A stretch of DNA of 64,000 nt, taken from assembly GCA_011390785.1 (NCBI GenBank), contig JAABRR010000018.1, forward strand, positions 13,208-77,207. Reading direction: 5' to 3'. Numbering within the stretch: the stretch's first letter is position 1; every line of letters begins with the position of its first letter. The notes below the pieces were generated by a model. That model saw only the letters and a program-made list of their open reading frames with translations. It was not told the origin of the DNA and did no database searches. This stretch comes from Sphingobacteriia bacterium. GTDB lineage: Bacteria; Bacteroidota; Bacteroidia; Bacteroidales; UBA7960. A program made the translations under genes and the position numbers. Shown piece by piece: positions 60,922-64,000 of this stretch.

Positions 60922-63741
60922 TTAAGAATTTCTTAAGGTTTCAAAAGATGCCAGTAGCCGGTTAATCCCTATAACATTAAAAGAGTTGGCTTCCTGACTA
61001 AGCAAGGCTGCGAATTCTTTAAGATAGTTAAGGTTTTCCTTTTCTGCTATGCTGTTTAATAAAGTTGAAAAACTGATTATCTCATCAAATCCTAAAATGT
61101 CGGCAATTTTGTCATATTCCGACCATATTTGTTCAGTAATAAAAAGATTGGCGTTGTTTTCAGAACCAAATTTACTTACCAGTTCATTCATCAATAAACC
61201 AACAAGTTCTTTATGTGAATTAAATTCCTGGTTTTTATTTTTAGCCTGGTTAGTAGTTTTTCCGGTTTTTTTGGAATAATCTTCTAAAACAGAAACTGAA
61301 GGAATATACACAACAAATTCAGTTCCTTTACCAGGTGTTGAATTTACAGATATTCTACCATTCATCATTTCAATAAATCGTCTTGAAATGGCCAGTCCTA
61401 AACCTGTTCCTTCCTGCTTTCTGGTTTCATCGGGTTGCTTTTGAAAAAATGGATTAAATATCTCATTGATATCTTTCTGAGATATCCCGGGCCCGGAATC
61501 AATAACCCTTATTATTAAATCAACGGAATTGTTTAGTGTGTTTTTTCTCAGTGTTTGCACAGTAACTTTTATATAACCCCTTTCAGTAAATTTTACGGCA
61601 TTCCCTACCAGATTAAAGAGAATCTGCCTAAGTCTTATCTCATCGAGCATTATGTTTGATGGAGTGTCCTGCAATATTTCAGAGTCGAGAGCTAGTCCTT
61701 TCTGCCCTGCTTTCAGAGAAAATATCTGTTTCACATCTTCAACCAGATCTGCAATATTGAAGGGTGATGGATTGAGCGACATCTTCCCGGCTTCAATACG
61801 CGATAGATCCAGAATATCGTTAATGAGCGCCATTAGTGCTTTGCTGCTTTTTTCAATTCCTGAGAGGTGCGATTTGAATTTTGTATCGGTAACCTTAAAT
61901 TCCCTGAGAATTTCTGTAAAGCCCATTATGGCATTGAGAGGGGTTCTGATTTCATGACTGATATTTGCCAGAAACTGACTTTTAATATAACTGGCTTCTT
62001 CTGCTTTTTCTTTGGCTTCTTTGAGCATATTCTCAACAATTTTGGCTTCGGAAATATCACGGGCCACTACCCCTAAAAGAAAATCCTGAGTAGATTTTAC
62101 AGGAAAACCTACCGATTGCAGTGTCTTATACTTTCCATAAGAATCTTTTATCTCAATTTCGTTTATTTTCTTAAACCACTTACTATCACCGGTCTTTAAT
62201 GCATTTTGAATGCTTTCTTTTCCAAACATGGAATCTTCAATATTCGCAGATTCTGAGTGCAGGACTTTTTCAATAAAGGTCCAGATTTTTTGACCAATGA
62301 CCTGTTTGCGGTTAAAACCAAAAATGATCTCACACCCTTTATTCCACTCAATTATAGCTCCCGACTGATTCACAATGATGATTGCATCAGTTGAGTTCTG
62401 GATAATATTTTTGAATTTTTCTTCTGTTTCTTCTTGAGCCTGAACGCGTTCAGTAATATCGGAATAGACTATTGCCACACCCATGTCTTTTAGTGGAATG
62501 GGTGCTGCACTTACATTTACCCATGTAATTTCGCCGGGTTTTTTCACCATACCCATTTCAACATTCTCAATAATAACATTATCTCTCAGAGCTCTAACAC
62601 TGGCGTATTCATTGTCGGGCATTTTTGTCATGTCTGTGCGAATAATTTTCCACTCTTTGCTGGCAAAATTACGCACCAGGTGCTCATCTCTTTTTAAACC
62701 CAGGAGATCTTCCGATGCAGGATTGCAGTCGATGATATTTCCGTTAATATCGGTTACCGTTACTCCTACCGGAAGGATTTTAAAGATTGTGCGAAGTAGC
62801 TCTTCGCTTTTTCTGCTCTCTTCTTCGGCAAGTACCCTGGCTGTTACATCTTCAATAATCAGGGCAACATAATCTTTCTCCGGAACAAAGGAGTAGAAAT
62901 TTACATACGTAGATTTATTTACTGGGAAATTCTCGATTTTCTGGTTCGTATTCAAAATAACAGTTTGGCGGAGCATATCCATAATAACTGATGCACTATC
63001 CGGGAAAATATGCAGCAATGGAACCCCTTCCTTATGATAAGGGCTAATGCCTGTTATGAGCTCGAAAGCAGCATTGGCTCTAAAAAAAAGAAAATCGCTT
63101 AACCGGGCGTTTTTAAAAACCGGTTTCAAAACCAAAAAACCGTTGATCATATTTTTGAATAGTAGCCTGTATCTACGTTCGCTGTCACGAAGTACAGCGG
63201 CTTCTTTTAGCTCAGAAACGTTGGTTGCGGAAAGTCTCACATACCATCGCCCATCAGAAGAATCCTGGTATGGAAGACTGTTGATGAGGAAATAGACATG
63301 TTCATTATTGTTTATAGATAGAGCCAGTTCAATATTTGTGGGATGCTTTTGCTCCATTACCTTCTGCCAATAGAAATAAAAGTGATCCTGCGATAATGAA
63401 TGGATAAATTTTGTAAATGGTTTTTTCTGGATAAGCTCTTTGGGTTTTTGTAATATATACGTAGCAGTAGTATTTACTTCAGAAATTACACCATCATTAT
63501 CCAAAATAAAATAGCCTACAGGCGCATTCTCAAAAAGATCATCCAGGCGTCGGTTTTTATGCTCTAATTCCCGGTTATTTCTTGAAAGCTCCTCTTGCTG
63601 TAATTCAAGTTCAATCTTATGAATATTGTATTCTTCAATTAGCTTCTCAATGTTATTGAATATCTCCGGATTGTCATCAAAGGATTTTTGCCCTAATAAT
63701 TCTCTGGCTTTATTTCTTAAATTTTCGGGGTTATAAGCCAT
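60922..63741 (-). CDS. Multi-PAS sensor histidine kinase with an unassigned ~120-aa C-terminal domain
   Basis: The H-box is FLANISHEIRTPLNAI. The HATPase motifs are DSGPGI and GTGLGLAI. About 120 aa follow the ATPase domain, with no receiver motifs and no HxxKG Hpt motif. Confidence 0.85.
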   Translation of the reverse strand: MAYNPENLRNKARELLGQKSFDDNPEIFNNIEKLIEEYNIHKIELELQQEELSRNNRELEHKNRRLDDLFENAPVGYFILDNDGVISEVNTTATYILQKPKELIQKKPFTKFIHSLSQDHFYFYWQKVMEQKHPTNIELALSINNNEHVYFLINSLPYQDSSDGRWYVRLSATNVSELKEAAVLRDSERRYRLLFKNMINGFLVLKPVFKNARLSDFLFFRANAAFELITGISPYHKEGVPLLHIFPDSASVIMDMLRQTVILNTNQKIENFPVNKSTYVNFYSFVPEKDYVALIIEDVTARVLAEEESRKSEELLRTIFKILPVGVTVTDINGNIIDCNPASEDLLGLKRDEHLVRNFASKEWKIIRTDMTKMPDNEYASVRALRDNVIIENVEMGMVKKPGEITWVNVSAAPIPLKDMGVAIVYSDITERVQAQEETEEKFKNIIQNSTDAIIIVNQSGAIIEWNKGCEIIFGFNRKQVIGQKIWTFIEKVLHSESANIEDSMFGKESIQNALKTGDSKWFKKINEIEIKDSYGKYKTLQSVGFPVKSTQDFLLGVVARDISEAKIVENMLKEAKEKAEEASYIKSQFLANISHEIRTPLNAIMGFTEILREFKVTDTKFKSHLSGIEKSSKALMALINDILDLSRIEAGKMSLNPSPFNIADLVEDVKQIFSLKAGQKGLALDSEILQDTPSNIMLDEIRLRQILFNLVGNAVKFTERGYIKVTVQTLRKNTLNNSVDLIIRVIDSGPGISQKDINEIFNPFFQKQPDETRKQEGTGLGLAISRRFIEMMNGRISVNSTPGKGTEFVVYIPSVSVLEDYSKKTGKTTNQAKNKNQEFNSHKELVGLLMNELVSKFGSENNANLFITEQIWSEYDKIADILGFDEIISFSTLLNSIAEKENLNYLKEFAALLSQEANSFNVIGINRLLASFETLRNS

Positions 63742-64000
63742 ATGATATGAAAAATAAATGATACTTTAATTCAAATAAATTGCAATTATTTGCTCTATAC
63801 CTCTTCAATTGGATACCCCAACTCACTACCTTTAGTAAAAGTATTATTTTTCCTTCAATATTGAAACTGATTGTTAATAGTTTTGTGAAAATCAGTTTGT
63901 AAAATCTTTTTTATAAGGGCCTAAACTAAAGGGAAATTCCATTAGCAGTTGTTTTTTATTGTAATTTTGACAACTCATTTAAGAACATGTTTCATTATTT

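Overview
AT-rich chromosomal window that looks like Bacteroidota. Evidence: TAnnTTTG-type -7 promoter boxes, no Shine-Dalgarno usage, many lipoproteins with a Cys shortly after the signal peptide, a CarboxypepD_reg-type TonB-dependent receptor, and lptE/secG/groESL synteny. About 47 coding genes are supported, plus one tRNA-Arg(CCT). No rRNA, CRISPR array, transposase or integrase was seen.

Housekeeping genes dominate 19-32 kb and 43-59 kb: groES/groEL, secG, lptE-like, metG, leuS, radA, priA, tsaB, pfkA, hutI, a cyclophilin and a ybcJ-like gene.

Four regions deserve attention.

(1) 1-10.6 kb is a minus-strand beta-1,3-glucan (laminarin-type) operon. It encodes GH16, GH17, a probable GH30 fragment, a large cytoplasmic GH94/GH149/GH161-like phosphorylase and a glycan-binding lipoprotein, but no susC/susD pair. 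Its first gene is a 1050-aa fusion of an intact clan GH-A glycosidase domain to a ~600-aa Gly/aromatic-rich region that looks like an outer-membrane beta-barrel. This is my best candidate for an undescribed uptake system.

(2) 11.0-13.2 kb is a small accessory islet of toxin-antitoxin-like modules. One Pol-beta nucleotidyltransferase plus 87-aa partner pair is intact, and two decayed modules flank it.

(3) 15.9-19.0 kb is a PAP2 phosphatase / ArnT-like / ArnC-like cluster, suggestive of lipid A or envelope glycolipid remodelling.

(4) 34.2-39.0 kb is an operon of a MOP flippase, a 754-aa KamA-type radical-SAM protein with a long unassigned N-terminal extension, and an LpxL-type acyltransferase.

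Several structured non-coding elements are also reported: intercistronic hairpins, a promoter-plus-terminator candidate sRNA or leader, and a long-range inverted repeat in a 547-nt gap.

All family assignments come from motif recognition by eye. No database search was run.
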